From: Actinomycetota bacterium
GTDB lineage: Bacteria; Actinomycetota; Actinomycetes; S36-B12
Direction: 5' to 3'
Assembly (NCBI GenBank): GCA_027729805.1
Contig: JAQCEO010000005.1
Span: forward strand, 1 to 57,540
Length of the DNA: 57,540 nt
Positions 56,601 through 57,540 of the stretch are shown in pieces. Position 1 is the first letter of the stretch, and the number at the start of each line of letters is the position of its first letter. The position numbers were made by a program, and so were the translations under genes. The notes beneath the pieces are model-generated. The model did not search any database, was not told where the DNA came from, and saw only the letters and a list, made by a program, of their open reading frames with translations.

Positions 56601-57219
56601 AGGCCCAGACCACTCATCGGCCCGCGTCGAGCGCTATCTGCAACTTTGTGCCCAGGACAACATGACCGTCGCCATGCCATCGACGCCAGCCTCCTACTTC
56701 CACCTACTTCGCTGGCAGGTACTCAGCAAGTTGACCCGCCCACTGGTCATCTTCACCCCGAAGTCACTGCTGCGCGCGAAGTTCGCGGTATCTAGTAAGT
56801 CGGACTTCGTAAACGGTCACTTCGAGCCCATGCTGCCAGATCCTTCGGTTGATCAACCCGGTGTAAATACCGTCTTGCTTTGCAGTGGCAAGGTCTACTA
56901 CGACCTCATTGCGCACCGCGATGCCAATAATCGGCACGATGTCGCAGTGATTCGCCTTGAGCGCCTGTACCCACTGCCTTACCGAACCTTGCCACCAGAA
57001 CTAGACAAGATGCCAACCGCGCAAGTCCGGTGGGTCCAAGAAGAGCCGGCTAACCAAGGTGCCTGGAGTTTCATCGCGTTGAACCTGCCGGAGATAATCA
57101 ATCGGCCGGTATCCTTAATAGGCCGGGATAAGTCCTCATCACCTGCCGTCGGATCCCATCAACGGCATGAAATTGAGCAGGCAGCCATAGTCGAACGCGC
57201 ATTCGCGTCGTCCAACTAG
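53623..57219 (+). CDS. kgd: Multifunctional 2-oxoglutarate decarboxylase/dehydrogenase (fused E2-like + E1)
   Basis: FGPNEWLVDE, TYDHRVIQG, HGDAAF, GQDSRRGTF, WEAQFGDF, GPDHSSAR. Confidence 0.97.
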   Translation: MVTDDGGTSSRHRLANFGPNEWLVDEIYQQFITDKFSVDPAWWEFFEGYSPSEQSPLKVPAPAAATKPEPAAAPEPAAAPQTTALKGPAARVVTNMEASLSVPTATSVRSVPAKLLIDNRVVINNHLARGRGGKTSFTHVIGYAIVRATMELPAMNAAYAQVNGLPAIVTNPSVNLGLAIDLAKPDGARQLLVPNIKGAEKMDFAAFWAAYEDIVRKARVGKLTVDDFAGTTVSLTNPGTIGTNHSIPRLMQGQGCIVGVGAMEYPAEWAGASAETITRNAVSKVMTLTSTYDHRVIQGAQSGEFLRRIHELLLGEDDFFGEIFRSLRIPYEPVCWAQDISTSHETDLGKTVRVQEIIHAYRVRGHLMADTDPLEYKQRTHPDLDVLSHDLTLWDLDREFATGGFGGRPLMKLREILGVLRDSYTRTVGTEYMHIQDPEQRKWIQDRVEIPHAKPDRDEQLRILHKLNEAEALESFLQTKYVGQKRFSLEGAESLIPLLDAVLDQAANQNILEVAIGMPHRGRLNVLTNIAGKSYAQIFREFEGQYGEESVQGSGDVKYHLGTTGTYTGRGGAQTAVYLAANPSHLEAVNPVLEGIVRAKQDQLPPDRIYDILPILMHGDAAFAGQGVVAETLHLSQLQGYRTGGTVHIVVNNQVGFTTSPRYGRSSVYATDVARMVQSPIFHVNGDDPEAIVRVAHLAFEYRQAFHKDVVVDLVCYRRRGHNEADDPSLTQPLMYAIIDNKRSVRKHYTESLVGRGDITVDEAESALKHFQEQLERIFQETHSEDGADFGTHDQDIISGGQRELELQGPAAEVVSGITSEQIETVIASQLTMPADFTVHPRLAPQLQRRAQMVAEDAIDWGMAEALAVGSLLMEGRTVRLAGQDSRRGTFGHRHMVIVDKETGWQYKPLKQCYRAGAKLYVYDSLLSEFAAMGFEYGYSVARPDALVIWEAQFGDFANGAQTILDEFISSGEQKWGQRSAVTLLLPHGQEGQGPDHSSARVERYLQLCAQDNMTVAMPSTPASYFHLLRWQVLSKLTRPLVIFTPKSLLRAKFAVSSKSDFVNGHFEPMLPDPSVDQPGVNTVLLCSGKVYYDLIAHRDANNRHDVAVIRLERLYPLPYRTLPPELDKMPTAQVRWVQEEPANQGAWSFIALNLPEIINRPVSLIGRDKSSSPAVGSHQRHEIEQAAIVERAFASSN

Positions 57220-57230
57220 CGGGAGCACAC

Positions 57231-57413
57231 ATGTATTTCACTGATCGAGGTATTGAGGAACTACAAAGTCGGCGCGGCGATGAATCGATCGCGGTCGCGG
57301 CCCTGGCTGAACGACTGCGCGAGTTCGTCGACCTGTTTCCAGAGTTCGAGGCGCCAATCGAAAGATTCGCGACCTGGCTGGCACGCGCAGATGACTATGA
57401 CGAGGAGTCTTAA
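57231..57413 (+). CDS. DUF6104-like small protein
   Basis: MYFTDRGIEEL..RRG, FVDL.PEFE..IER.ATWLAR; GGGAG RBS; usual position after kgd. Confidence 0.85.
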   Translation: MYFTDRGIEELQSRRGDESIAVAALAERLREFVDLFPEFEAPIERFATWLARADDYDEES

Positions 57414-57434
57414 TCGAATAGAATTAGGGCGTCC

Positions 57435-57539
57435 TCAACCAGGTAGGCATAAGAAGTCAACCAGGGCGATCCGGCGACACCGGTAGCCGAGGGGCGCGAG
57501 TAGGTTCCGGGCGTGAACTTGGTCCTCCATGATGATCAC
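57435..57539 (-). CDS. Possible 3' end of a gene entering from beyond the window
   Basis: Open frame VIIMEDQVHARNLLAPLGYRCRRIALVDFLCLPG* converging on DUF6104. Confidence 0.4.
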   Translation of the reverse strand: MIIMEDQVHARNLLAPLGYRCRRIALVDFLCLPG

Positions 57540-57540
57540 C

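Overview
Core-genome segment of a non-mycobacterial actinomycete. The Streptomyces-like rfe, glyA, kgd, DUF6104 and meaA genes suggest this. An uncultured freshwater/soil lineage such as Nanopelagicales-like is plausible but cannot be confirmed from sequence alone. It carries the conserved actinobacterial backbone argS-lysA-hom-thrC-thrB-rho-rpmE-prfA-prmC-sua5-glyA-rfe-atp operon-pduO/murA-meaA-nucS, then tRNA-Arg(CCG), a queuosine salvage pair (yhhQ/tgt), an oleA-oleBC-oleD alkene cluster, cell-wall enzymes, an ABC transporter and kgd. Two things stand out. (1) The whole atpI-B-E-F-FH-A-G-D-C operon is of the Mycobacterium type (fused b-delta, alpha C-terminal extension, gamma loop, short epsilon, bedaquiline-site c subunit) yet sits at the native locus between non-mycobacterial genes. 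This looks like an in-situ xenologous replacement of the ATP synthase; misassembly must be excluded. (2) A stand-alone ~250-nt non-coding region at 38135-38384 has several GNRA-capped hairpins, a long-range closing stem, an AT-rich upstream element and a perfect 16-bp terminal hairpin, and is a candidate structured ncRNA I cannot assign to a known family. No CRISPR array, integrase or transposase was seen.
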